From Candidatus Cloacimonadota bacterium (GTDB lineage Bacteria; Hydrothermota; E44-bin80): DNA of 39,896 nt. Location of the stretch: contig SOKM01000139.1 of the NCBI GenBank assembly GCA_004375785.1, positions 1-39,896 on the forward strand, written 5' to 3'. Shown here piece by piece: positions 1 to 8,456 of the stretch (positions are counted from its first letter, which is position 1; the number at the start of each line of letters is the position of its first letter). A program made the translations under genes and the position numbers. The notes beneath the pieces are model-generated. The model saw nothing but the letters and a program-made list of their open reading frames with translations, did no database searches and was not told the DNA's origin.

Positions 1-561
1 TGTATAACTCCAGGAATAATCGGTCTGTTCTATTCTCAGTCCCATTGCTCTGTGTGCAGCCGGCGAAGCATTCACAACAAATTCGTCCGAATATGCCATA
101 AGGAAATCCTGCTCGGAAACAGCGGTGCTGTCGGAAGGGTTTCTTGTTGACATTACATGAATGGTGTCTGAATCTGCAGATGTAGGCCAAAATTCATTCT
201 CCCACGCCCACCCATCAGCGCCAACAGAAACGAGTGTATCAGCAGTAGTATCCGATGTTTGAATAATTGCACCTATCCAGAGGGCGCCCTGAAATAGATA
301 ATCAGCATGCGACCCACCGGGAAATTCACAGGAAGGAAAGTTCTTACCATATATCTTCCAGGTGCCGGAATTACCAAAAAAACCAAAGTTTGTCACGGTC
401 AGCCAGATATTCCCTACATCGTGAAATTTATACTGGGTAGCGGGTTTTGACCCCATCTGTGGGCCGATATACGGAGGCTGCGAAGAGTCAATATAAGCAT
501 AACTGTATGTTAAATTGATAGAGATAAAAAGAAGAACAAAAAAAATAATTTTCCTTTTCAT
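1..561 (-). CDS. Hypothetical secreted protein, N-terminal 187 codons (gene runs off the left edge)
   Basis: Not in the ORF track because it is open at the window edge. Minus-strand ATG at 561-559 lies 4 nt after GGAGG (rc of 566-570). Hand translation MKRKIIFFVLLFISINLTYSYAYIDSSQPPYIGPQMGSKPATQYKFHDVGNIWLTVTNFGFFGNSG... stays open in frame to base 1. Hydrophobic signal-peptide-like N-terminus. No family recognised. Confidence 0.6.
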   Translation of the reverse strand, partial: MKRKIIFFVLLFISINLTYSYAYIDSSQPPYIGPQMGSKPATQYKFHDVGNIWLTVTNFGFFGNSGTWKIYGKNFPSCEFPGGSHADYLFQGALWIGAIIQTSDTTADTLVSVGADGWAWENEFWPTSADSDTIHVMSTRNPSDSTAVSEQDFLMAYSDEFVVNASPAAHRAMGLRIEQTDYSWSYT

Positions 562-633
562 TTTTCCTCCTTTTGTAAATATTCAGTCAACTATATTGTA
601 GGTTCAAAAACAAAAAACATAAACTATTTTAAT

Positions 634-1248
634 CTATTCCTGAAGAACAAACTTCATAGGGTAACTTACCCAAACCTTTACAGGTTTATCCCTCTGTTTT
701 GCGGGATAGAAACTTGTAGCATAGGCTGCCTGGATTGCTGCATTATTCAGGTCGGGCGTCAATTTCTTCAATATCTTAACATCAAGTACCTTTCCATTCA
801 CATCAATAAGCAGTTTAAGAATGACCGTACCTTCTATGCCTGCCTGTTTCGCTATCTGTGGATAAACAGGCTTCACAATCTGTTTGGGTCTTGGAGGTGT
901 ATCATATGCAACAAAGTCTGGTGTTTCTCCTCCTGGTTCAATAGGCAGCTTTTCAAAGGTCTCAAAGTCAGCGGTCTTTTCTATGGTTGCCTGCTGAATT
1001 TCTTCTTCGCTTTCTGCCTCAACAGGCAGTTGAGGTTTTTCCGGGGGTGGTAGTTCCTCCACCCGTTCAATCTCTTCAGGTACATCTTCCAGTTTTGTTG
1101 GTTGCTCAACACGAGGAATATAAGGATGAAGTGTATAATGTGGAAACAGGTAAAAACCTACAATAAAAAAAAGAACTGCAGATAAGACACTTATCCTTAA
1201 ATATAATGGAAATCTTTCCTTCAGGTCAACAATAACATTTTTTTCCAT
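634..1248 (-). CDS. tonB: Energy transducer TonB
   Basis: 204 aa. N-terminal hydrophobic anchor (LRISVLSAVLFFIVGFYLF), Pro/Glu-rich spacer (EELPPPEKPQLPVEAESEEE) and C-terminal TonB-type domain (KPVYPQIAKQAGIEGTVILKLLIDVNGKVLDVKILK...VWVSYPMKF). Last gene of an exbB-exbD-exbD-tonB string. Confidence 0.85.
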   Translation of the reverse strand: MEKNVIVDLKERFPLYLRISVLSAVLFFIVGFYLFPHYTLHPYIPRVEQPTKLEDVPEEIERVEELPPPEKPQLPVEAESEEEIQQATIEKTADFETFEKLPIEPGGETPDFVAYDTPPRPKQIVKPVYPQIAKQAGIEGTVILKLLIDVNGKVLDVKILKKLTPDLNNAAIQAAYATSFYPAKQRDKPVKVWVSYPMKFVLQE

Positions 1249-1252
1249 TGAC

Positions 1253-1660
1253 TTAACCTCTCAATCTATCAGTTGCAAGAGAAACTCGCAGTGCTCCTGC
1301 CTCTGATAACTGGTCAAAGATATCACCAACGATATCATATTTTGCACTTTTATCTATTCTTAAGGATACAATAGTGCTCCGGTCTATCTGCATCTTCTTT
1401 GCCATTTCAATTGAAACCTGGTTGACTCTCATCTGATTATCATCGATGGAAATCAAACCCACCGCACTGACATAAATATGAGCAATCCCTCTACTGGGAA
1501 GTTTATGTCCCTCCTCTGCCTCTGGAAGTTTTATGTCAAGACCTGTTTCAGCACGGAATACAGTTGTAACCATGAAGAAAAAGATAAGGAGAAACGCAAT
1601 GTCTGCCATTGAACCAGTAGGTATCCCCGCTGTATCCTCTTTCTTCTTTGCAAAACGCAT
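1253..1660 (-). CDS. exbD: Biopolymer transport protein ExbD/TolR
   Basis: 135 aa. Single N-terminal TM (MADIAFLLIFFFMVTTVF) followed by a small periplasmic domain. 4-nt gap to tonB. Confidence 0.85.
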   Translation of the reverse strand: MRFAKKKEDTAGIPTGSMADIAFLLIFFFMVTTVFRAETGLDIKLPEAEEGHKLPSRGIAHIYVSAVGLISIDDNQMRVNQVSIEMAKKMQIDRSTIVSLRIDKSAKYDIVGDIFDQLSEAGALRVSLATDRLRG

Positions 1661-1679
1661 TTTTGACTCCTATTTCAAT

Positions 1680-2093
1680 CTACTTCTTTTCTGGTGGTCC
1701 TTTTGGTGCAAAACTTATCCTTTCTGCACCACCATGTTTTAATTTATCGAAGACTCTTACCATATAATCATATTTTGCTTCAGGATGTGTTTTTATAGAA
1801 AATACAAGACTATCATTCTCGGTAAGCATTGCCTTTGCTTTATCAGCTATCAAATTGAGTTTTGTTGGGTCTCCATCAATCTTCACATCTCCTGTTTTAT
1901 TGACATAAACATGGGCGATGTTACCCGGCGCTATTATAATTATCTTACCATGTTCTGGAAGAATAATCTGCAGCCCCATCTCATTACTGAATATGGTGCT
2001 TACCAAAAAAAAGATAATGAGAAGAAATGCTATATCAGCCATCGATGCTGTGGGAATTTCTGCCTGTCTATCTTCCCTCTTCCTTAATTCCAC
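1680..2093 (-). CDS. exbD: Biopolymer transport protein ExbD/TolR (second copy)
   Basis: 137 aa. Same layout and N-terminal motif as the neighbouring ORF (ASMADIAFLLIIFFLVSTIF). 3-nt gap to exbB. Confidence 0.85.
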   Translation of the reverse strand: MELRKREDRQAEIPTASMADIAFLLIIFFLVSTIFSNEMGLQIILPEHGKIIIIAPGNIAHVYVNKTGDVKIDGDPTKLNLIADKAKAMLTENDSLVFSIKTHPEAKYDYMVRVFDKLKHGGAERISFAPKGPPEKK

Positions 2094-2096
2094 AAT

Positions 2097-2732
2097 TCAA
2101 CCTCCCTTCTCAACTTCTTCCAGCAGGTAGTCTATGAGGTAATTGGATGCCTGCTCCATAGAACGTGTGTATGTATTTATTCTCGAGGTGAAGAAAACAT
2201 GAGCAGATGATGCAGGAATTGCAATAATTAGACCTGTTGCTGTCGTAATCAAAGCCTCTGAAATACCCTGTGCAACAAGTGTCGGGTCAATGGTGCCGGC
2301 TAAAACAATTGCATCGAAAGCATTTATCATCCCTGAAACAGTCCCCAGAAAACCTATCAGTGGTGCAACACCTGCAACCGCAGCAAGAACGAGCATACCC
2401 CTGTCAAGAAAAGCAAGTTCAACTGAACCTGCAGAAGTAATAGCTTCCTCAAGAACTGTTTTAAGATCACTTGAGCTTCTGTATTTTTCGAATTTTTCAA
2501 GCGTTGGAGTAAATATTTTGGCAACCGGATTTGGATTCTGATTGCAGAGTGTGATCGCAGCTTCAACTCCTCCCTCTTCATACGCTGAAATCACCTGTTT
2601 GACAAAGAGACCAGGATTTACCCGTGCCCTGAGCAGGGTGAAGAATCTTTCCAATATGTAAGCAATACAGATTATAGCCGCAAGTAAAAGCGGCCACATA
2701 GCCCATTTACCTCGTAGGAAAAGATCCAGCAT
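2097..2732 (-). CDS. exbB: MotA/TolQ/ExbB proton-channel protein
   Basis: 211 aa. Three hydrophobic segments and the conserved C-terminal half (VAPLIGFLGTVSGMINAF ... GISEALITTATGLIIAIP) typical of the family. Context with 2 exbD genes and tonB. Confidence 0.85.
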   Translation of the reverse strand: MLDLFLRGKWAMWPLLLAAIICIAYILERFFTLLRARVNPGLFVKQVISAYEEGGVEAAITLCNQNPNPVAKIFTPTLEKFEKYRSSSDLKTVLEEAITSAGSVELAFLDRGMLVLAAVAGVAPLIGFLGTVSGMINAFDAIVLAGTIDPTLVAQGISEALITTATGLIIAIPASSAHVFFTSRINTYTRSMEQASNYLIDYLLEEVEKGG

Positions 2733-2760
2733 TAACGCCTCCTTTCAGATTTTATAAAAA

Positions 2761-5700
2761 CTAAAACTCATAACCGAGTGCTATACCAAAATAGAGCTGT
2801 CTTCTTGATCCCCAGTTTCTTGGATTCCTATCATACTCAGTCCCTGGAATACCATCATCCGTCGAATCGTGTGCATTACCTGTAGCACCGTAAACATTCA
2901 TTGTGTTACTTCTATCAAACAAATTCCTTACCTCTAAAAGGAATTCATACCTCAAAGGGCCTAAATAAAAGAATTTTGTTGCCTTGACATTGGTCGTAAT
3001 TGTATAAGGTTTTCTCGCAGAATTTGGTAGTATGGTAACATCCTCTTCTCCTTCTTTACCTGAAGGAGTGTATGGAAGACCGGTTGCAAATTGTGTTAGT
3101 ATATTCATTCCCCATTTATCTGGCAAGGAGAGACCGAAGAGAACAGGATGTTCACCAGAGTGTGATCTTAAATCAATAACATTAGTAACTGCATGCCTCT
3201 GGTCCCAGTCAAGAGGATATTCACGAAGAGGAAGCGGTATCCCCTGGTAAGAATAATCATATCCCTGCCTATCAGAGGAACTCTTCCCCATTGCCCACAT
3301 AATGCTATAATCGAATGAAATAGAATAAAAATGCGAATGTCTCTTTATAAAATTGACCTCTACACCCCTCACACTCCCGTAATCCTTGTTTACCCTTATC
3401 TGATAGGTAAAGGGTGAAACCCCTCTCTGCTCTGTATCTATTAAGCCTCTTATGTCCTTATAGAAACCTTTAAGTTCCAGTGTCGTTAACCTCCCAAATG
3501 CATGTTTAATCCCAAGTTGATAGGCAACAGTTTGTTCACAATCAAGATTGGCATTTCCATACAATCTTATAGCGCTGCTAAATTGTGTCGTGTCCTGATA
3601 GAAATATTCAAATTCTGGCGGCTGTGAGAAATGTCCATAAGAGAAATACATCTTATCAAACTCGGATATGGGGAATGATATTCCAAATCTTGGACTCAAA
3701 CGAAATTCATATTCTGACATAAGAGGGAATCCAAAAAACTCACGGTCTTCTCTCTGGTCACTCACCTCCCAACCTGGATAAACAAAGTCAAACCTCAAAC
3801 CACCATTTATTATCATCCCCTCGGTCTCTATTTTATCCTGTATATATAACGCACCAGAAGAGGGGTGTCTTGTGTAGAAATCTCTGAAATAACCCCTGTC
3901 AGGCCAGGGACCGGGAGGAGGAGGGTCTCTGCCCTCTTCCTTAAACCAGGGATACTGTATCTCCTGCATACTCATCTCATACCGTTTATATTCAATACCT
4001 GTTTTAACAAGATGAACCTTTGTTATCTGACTTGTCACATCTCCCTTGATTGAAAGGACATCCGAATACCTCTTATGCCATTGAGCCCACTGGTCAAAAC
4101 CATATTCCCAGAACCGGTCACCAAGAGGATAATCCCTCACTCCATTTCCATTATAATCCTCAAAAGGCTCGTGTCCCCATTCGCCTTCGTCATATACACC
4201 ATTACCTTCCAGGCTATCATGGTTGTCGGGTATCCCATCCATTCCGTAGTCGTAGTAAGGTTCTCTCCCTGTCCAGATACCATCACCATTATAATCCCTG
4301 AAACGTTCCCCTATATCATAATGATAATTCTTTTCTGCCAGATCAGTAAAAGGCTCGCCGTCATCCCAGAAACCATTCTTATTCAAATCAATAAACTGCT
4401 CTCCCCAATCATAAACTCCATTATATCTTAACAAATCATCAAAAGGCTCCTGATCCCCATCAATATTTATAATAATGTCAATTGGGTCATCACTTGTATT
4501 TGGATATTGGTTGATTTCATTCGACATTTTACCACCAGGGGTAAGCTCATATTCTGTGTGGAAAAAACCAACAGCCACAGTATAGAATGTTTTTCCAGAC
4601 AGAGTATGGTTCCAGTCTGCAACTGTTTGGTTACTACCTTTTGTTCTTCTATATGCATTCTCGGGGATGTATTTGAACTTGTGGGAATAACGAAACTCTC
4701 TTACCCAGGATGTCCTGTATCCCAGGCTCAATTTTGCTGTGGAAGAAAACCGGCAGGCAAGTTTCGAATTTGTAGTATATGTATTTTGCATTCTGTCCTG
4801 CATTCTTATCTTATCCCAGAGGAGGTAAGTTGTCAAAAAAGAATTAAGTCGTTTATCGGAATAGGGTGTATGGGTATCTGTCCAGTCACCAGTCGTTGAA
4901 ACATAGTAAGTTATAGTCCACGGAACCTTTATTCCTAACGCGGGCAGGATATGCTGAGACACTAATTCAGGACCACCCGCTGAAAAAACTGCCTTGTCAT
5001 TGTTGAAACTATTCTTTACCCGACCCCATTGGTCAAGGTCCTGTTTCATAAGGATATGGTCGTTTTTATAAGATACCTTTACAGAATGACCCTTAGTACT
5101 ACCCTCCCTTGTAACAAGGTTCACTATTGCTGATTGTGCAAAACCATATTCAGCATTAAATCCACCCGTAAGGATCTCCATCGCATCAATTTCACTATCC
5201 TCAATGCTGATACCAAGCCCACCTCCGACAAGAGGATCTGTTACTTCCATTCCATCAATCAGGTATAACACCTCTCCTCCCCTTCCACCACGGACATGGA
5301 TTTCCCTTCGAGCTGGATCCATAACCATACTTGCTCCTGTCAGGAGTGCTTCAACAGGATTGGTAACAGCCATCCGCTCTATTTGCTCTCCTGTCATCTC
5401 CACCTTTGATGTAGTCACATCACGTTCTATTATTTTTTTAGCATAAACAACTATTTCCGGCACCTCAATAACTTCCATTGGAAGTGCAAAATTTACTGTT
5501 GAGGTTTGGTCAATCTTGACCTTAACACCATTTACAGTTAAATCATGAAATCCCATCATTCTTGCCTGGACATTATAGACGCCAGGCGGAATATTCAAGA
5601 TGAAATAATCGCCGTTTATATCTGTTACAGCACCCATTGTAGTTTCAAGGATAAGAACATTGGCAAAAGGTAGTGCTTCCCCATCCGTATCAACTACCCT

Positions 5701-5796
5701 TCCTGCTATCTTGCCAGTCCTGCCAGCATAAAGCAGGGATAAACTCAGAAAGGTTACTATGAGAAGAACCAGTAGAATATATCTTGAAGATTTCAT
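2761..5796 (-). CDS. TonB-dependent outer-membrane receptor, Oar-like (carboxypeptidase-regulatory-like domain + plug + large barrel)
   Basis: 1011 aa. Signal peptide MKSSRYILLVLLIVTFLSLSLLYA. N-terminal CarboxypepD_reg-like fold (GKIAGRVVDTDGEALPFANVLILETTMGAVTDINGDYFILNIPPGVYNVQARMMGFHD). Plug-like segment (VEALLTGASMV...IHVRGGRGGEVLYLIDGMEV). Alternating beta-strand pattern ending ...YFGIALGYEF with terminal Phe. Sits directly upstream of exbB. Confidence 0.85.
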   Translation of the reverse strand: MKSSRYILLVLLIVTFLSLSLLYAGRTGKIAGRVVDTDGEALPFANVLILETTMGAVTDINGDYFILNIPPGVYNVQARMMGFHDLTVNGVKVKIDQTSTVNFALPMEVIEVPEIVVYAKKIIERDVTTSKVEMTGEQIERMAVTNPVEALLTGASMVMDPARREIHVRGGRGGEVLYLIDGMEVTDPLVGGGLGISIEDSEIDAMEILTGGFNAEYGFAQSAIVNLVTREGSTKGHSVKVSYKNDHILMKQDLDQWGRVKNSFNNDKAVFSAGGPELVSQHILPALGIKVPWTITYYVSTTGDWTDTHTPYSDKRLNSFLTTYLLWDKIRMQDRMQNTYTTNSKLACRFSSTAKLSLGYRTSWVREFRYSHKFKYIPENAYRRTKGSNQTVADWNHTLSGKTFYTVAVGFFHTEYELTPGGKMSNEINQYPNTSDDPIDIIINIDGDQEPFDDLLRYNGVYDWGEQFIDLNKNGFWDDGEPFTDLAEKNYHYDIGERFRDYNGDGIWTGREPYYDYGMDGIPDNHDSLEGNGVYDEGEWGHEPFEDYNGNGVRDYPLGDRFWEYGFDQWAQWHKRYSDVLSIKGDVTSQITKVHLVKTGIEYKRYEMSMQEIQYPWFKEEGRDPPPPGPWPDRGYFRDFYTRHPSSGALYIQDKIETEGMIINGGLRFDFVYPGWEVSDQREDREFFGFPLMSEYEFRLSPRFGISFPISEFDKMYFSYGHFSQPPEFEYFYQDTTQFSSAIRLYGNANLDCEQTVAYQLGIKHAFGRLTTLELKGFYKDIRGLIDTEQRGVSPFTYQIRVNKDYGSVRGVEVNFIKRHSHFYSISFDYSIMWAMGKSSSDRQGYDYSYQGIPLPLREYPLDWDQRHAVTNVIDLRSHSGEHPVLFGLSLPDKWGMNILTQFATGLPYTPSGKEGEEDVTILPNSARKPYTITTNVKATKFFYLGPLRYEFLLEVRNLFDRSNTMNVYGATGNAHDSTDDGIPGTEYDRNPRNWGSRRQLYFGIALGYEF

Positions 5797-5806
5797 TTTC
5801 CCTCCT

Positions 5807-7315
5807 TTATTTTTTAAATACTTTAATACAGGCGTTGCCCATATCTACTACATAAATCCTGCCCTCACTATCAATAAAAATATCTGTAGGAAAATTAAAC
5901 TGATCATCTCCTCCACCGAGGCTCCCGAAAGAACGGACATAATCACCCTTTTCATCGTATTCAACTACTCTATGATAAGACTTCTCACTTCCTCCACCTT
6001 CAGTGACAAAAATGTGACCGTCCTGTGCAATTGCTATTCCGCTTACATATTGAAGGGTTGTATCATTATCAGATGAAATTTCAAAAACTTCTGTTGGAGG
6101 AACCCCTGGATTTTCTATATCTGTAAATCTTCTTATAAGACTATGAACTGTATCCTTTTTAACACCAAAACTGGCGAGGTAGAGGTCTCCGTCGAAGAGT
6201 TTTAATCCGCGTCCTTTATAATTAATCTGATTTTTTGCTATGGACATCGACCAATATTTCTTCCATCCATCAGTTGACCAAGTAGTATCATAGGCTACGA
6301 TACTAATTTCTGTTGATATATATAACCATTGACTGCTTGGGTCAATCACACTGGAATAAGGCGATTTTATTCTGGAATTTAGATCGCTCCTGTCATTTTG
6401 TCGAAATTGATAACCATACAGACACACTGTATCCAACAATAATGTATCCGTTAGTGTATCCCATACTCCACTTCCGCTGTCTGTAGACATTGTAACAACT
6501 GTAGATAATGCTGTCACAGTATCTTCTGATGTAAACATCTTGTCGAAGTCATAAATAGACATTACGGTGCTATCGAGTTTTACATTGGCAACATAGACAA
6601 AATTCATATTTTCGTCCACCGATATAGCCGATGGAGAATCATATAAATCTTTACCAATAAAAGTCTCTACAACCTTTGTCGTATCTATAAATAATATTGT
6701 TGTGTCAGTGGAATCTATTTCAAAGGTTGTGTCGTAAGTTGTAGTGATATTAATCGTTGTATCCAAACCAAAATAGTTCCAGGAAATCCATCTCGTACCA
6801 TTGTAGTAATGGATAGCAGATAAACCTGGATCTGTGAGATACATCTTTCCTGCATCATCAAGATACATAGAAAAAGGAGAACTGAATTCATCTTCGCCAA
6901 TTATAGTGTCAAGGCTGTAGATACTGACAGAAACAGTTACGTTCGTATCTACAAATCCGGGGGTGTCTCCTATACTATCCGTGCAGGTAACGGAAATTTT
7001 GTAATTACTTTCCACTGCAGGAGGCTTCCACCAACAGGGGTTTGCAGTATTTGAAGCAGTATTAAGCGTTTCATCTGCAAAGAATTCTCCTTGCCCTTGA
7101 GAGCAAGACCACTCAAAATACATTTTATCCTCATCTGGATCAGTAACCGCCAGGTTCAGGTAAACCACTCCTTCTTTAAAAACAATGTTTGGTGACGCCT
7201 CTATTGAATTTATGATGGGGTACAAGTTGTCTCGTTGTGCAGGTTTTTTGGTGCAACTCAAGAGCAAAAGAATTATAAATAGAGGAATTGCAAAAAACAG
7301 CATCTTTTTCGTCAT
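5807..7315 (-). CDS. Lipoprotein with N-terminal Ig/PKD-like domain and NHL-repeat beta-propeller
   Basis: 502 aa. Signal peptide with lipobox-like LLLLSC. C-terminal NHL-type repeats (GIAIAQDGHIFVTEGG..., FNFPTDIFIDSEGRIYVVDMGNACIKVF). AGGAGG 5 nt upstream of the ATG. 10-nt gap to the receptor gene. Confidence 0.7.
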   Translation of the reverse strand: MTKKMLFFAIPLFIILLLLSCTKKPAQRDNLYPIINSIEASPNIVFKEGVVYLNLAVTDPDEDKMYFEWSCSQGQGEFFADETLNTASNTANPCWWKPPAVESNYKISVTCTDSIGDTPGFVDTNVTVSVSIYSLDTIIGEDEFSSPFSMYLDDAGKMYLTDPGLSAIHYYNGTRWISWNYFGLDTTINITTTYDTTFEIDSTDTTILFIDTTKVVETFIGKDLYDSPSAISVDENMNFVYVANVKLDSTVMSIYDFDKMFTSEDTVTALSTVVTMSTDSGSGVWDTLTDTLLLDTVCLYGYQFRQNDRSDLNSRIKSPYSSVIDPSSQWLYISTEISIVAYDTTWSTDGWKKYWSMSIAKNQINYKGRGLKLFDGDLYLASFGVKKDTVHSLIRRFTDIENPGVPPTEVFEISSDNDTTLQYVSGIAIAQDGHIFVTEGGGSEKSYHRVVEYDEKGDYVRSFGSLGGGDDQFNFPTDIFIDSEGRIYVVDMGNACIKVFKK

Positions 7316-7363
7316 CTTACCTCCTTTTCATATAATAAAATCCCAATTAACACTCATCAAGTA

Positions 7364-7392
7364 AATATAACACAGAAAAATCCAGATGTCAA
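7364..7392 (-). promoter_or_regulatory. Sigma70-type promoter for the NHL-lipoprotein/receptor/exbBD/tonB operon
   Basis: Minus strand reads TTGACA (7392-7387), then a 17-nt spacer ending TGT, then TATATT (7369-7364). It lies in the 85-bp gap upstream of the 7315 start. Confidence 0.6.
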
Positions 7393-7400
7393 GAAAAAAA

Positions 7401-7751
7401 TTAATGGCTCACCCAAAAGTTGTAAACAATACCTCCCAGGAGACTCAGGAGACCAGCAAGAAAAATCGATATAGATTCATATGTACCCATTCTTAAAGAA
7501 TTGACAATAAGTGGAAAAAGATCTCCGGGGTCAGCCGCTCTCAGCGCAGGAAGGAAAAAGCCCACTCTAACAAAATGTAGAAAAGTGCCAATAATGAGCA
7601 CAATGCCGCCTAAAAACGGAAAAATCCAGATGCCCGCCTTCCTTATGAGTTTCAGTAACCTTTTTAAAATAAGACCGTAAATAATGATAGAGAGGGCAAA
7701 AAGAAGAATTCCAACTGCAAAAAGTATTTCACCATAAAGATTTGGTCTCAT
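7401..7751 (-). CDS. Small multi-pass membrane protein (hypothetical)
   Basis: 116 aa, 3-4 hydrophobic helices. Similar layout to the upstream ORF (basic loop after helix 1, C-terminal ...LSLLGGIVYNFWV versus ...LSLAAAFRFYNVV). Confidence 0.6.
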   Translation of the reverse strand: MRPNLYGEILFAVGILLFALSIIIYGLILKRLLKLIRKAGIWIFPFLGGIVLIIGTFLHFVRVGFFLPALRAADPGDLFPLIVNSLRMGTYESISIFLAGLLSLLGGIVYNFWVSH

Positions 7752-7754
7752 TCA

Positions 7755-8132
7755 TCACCCCTTTTTTGGTTTAACGACATTATAGAACCTGAACGCTGCA
7801 GCAAGAGATAATATCCCTGATAGGAAGAATATTCCGTATGCAATCCAACTCTGTATGAAAGTCATCTTCAAAAATCCTTTTATTACGGCTGCGTAAGTTT
7901 TTATGATCGCAAAGATGAGTATACCTGATGGAGCAATTATCATGAATTGCCAATCTGTCTTCTTTCTCAGGACTATTTCATATTTCTTGGCAATAATACT
8001 AAAAAGAATCAGAGATAACCAGAGTACCAGAGCACCTGCAATTGTAAGATAACTCGAAATATTTTTCCAGAAAACCACTTCTTTGGGCCACTGTGAAGGA
8101 AGTGTCGTAAAAAAAAGTATTATTTTTATCAT
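7755..8132 (-). CDS. Small multi-pass membrane protein (hypothetical), tandem paralog of 7401..7751
   Basis: 125 aa, 4 hydrophobic helices. GAGGAGG 5 nt upstream of the ATG. 3-nt gap to the next ORF. Confidence 0.6.
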   Translation of the reverse strand: MIKIILFFTTLPSQWPKEVVFWKNISSYLTIAGALVLWLSLILFSIIAKKYEIVLRKKTDWQFMIIAPSGILIFAIIKTYAAVIKGFLKMTFIQSWIAYGIFFLSGILSLAAAFRFYNVVKPKKG

Positions 8133-8160
8133 AGATACCTCCTCAGACTATTTACTTTTC

Positions 8161-8456
8161 ATAAATAATCAGTCAACCCCGTTATATTCTCACGAAATGT
8201 TGTCATTGCGAGTATTTTTTCATAATTTCTTCCGAAGCAATCTCGGTTTTCCGCACTATGAGATTGACTCCTCACTATGTTCATTATTCTCCTGCTTGTC
8301 GTCGTTCTCCTTACTTCGTTTCGTCGTTCATTGTCCTTGAATAGACCAGTCTGCGGTAATGTTCTTTCTCCTTCGGAGAAAGTTCACGCTCACGAAGTTT
8401 ACACTAAAAGAAGTGAATGTGTTCGCTCGCAATGACGGGGTTTACTGACTATTTAC
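8161..8456. repeat. Roughly 300-bp element bounded by imperfect terminal inverted repeats (MITE/REP-like)
   Basis: Left arm is ATAAATAATCAGTCAACCCC (8161-8180), then a 21-nt insert, then GTCATTGCGAG (8202-8212). Right arm is CTCGCAATGAC (8426-8436) GGGGTTTACTGACTATTTAC (8437-8456). The 11-mers are perfect reverse complements and the 20-mers match 17/20. Internal sub-palindromes include GCAATCTC/GAGATTG (about 8236-8268) and a CTTTCTC-cttcg-GAGAAAG hairpin (8364-8382). Confidence 0.5.

Noticed and set aside
4050-4899. Plus-strand ORFs of 60-158 aa nested inside long minus-strand genes. Examples are 4075..4431, 4507..4899, 14307..14765, 17786..18262, 33452..33850 and 38114..38461, along with the minus-strand alternate-frame ORFs.
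   Set aside because: All lie wholly within strongly supported domain-bearing CDSs. They have low-complexity, antisense-type composition and lack RBS signals, so they are treated as shadow ORFs.
8083-8340. An 85-aa plus-strand ORF in the gap upstream of the small membrane genes.
   Set aside because: It lies entirely within the inverted-repeat element and overlaps the start of 7755..8132 on the other strand. It has no SD and low-complexity, repeat-derived sequence.
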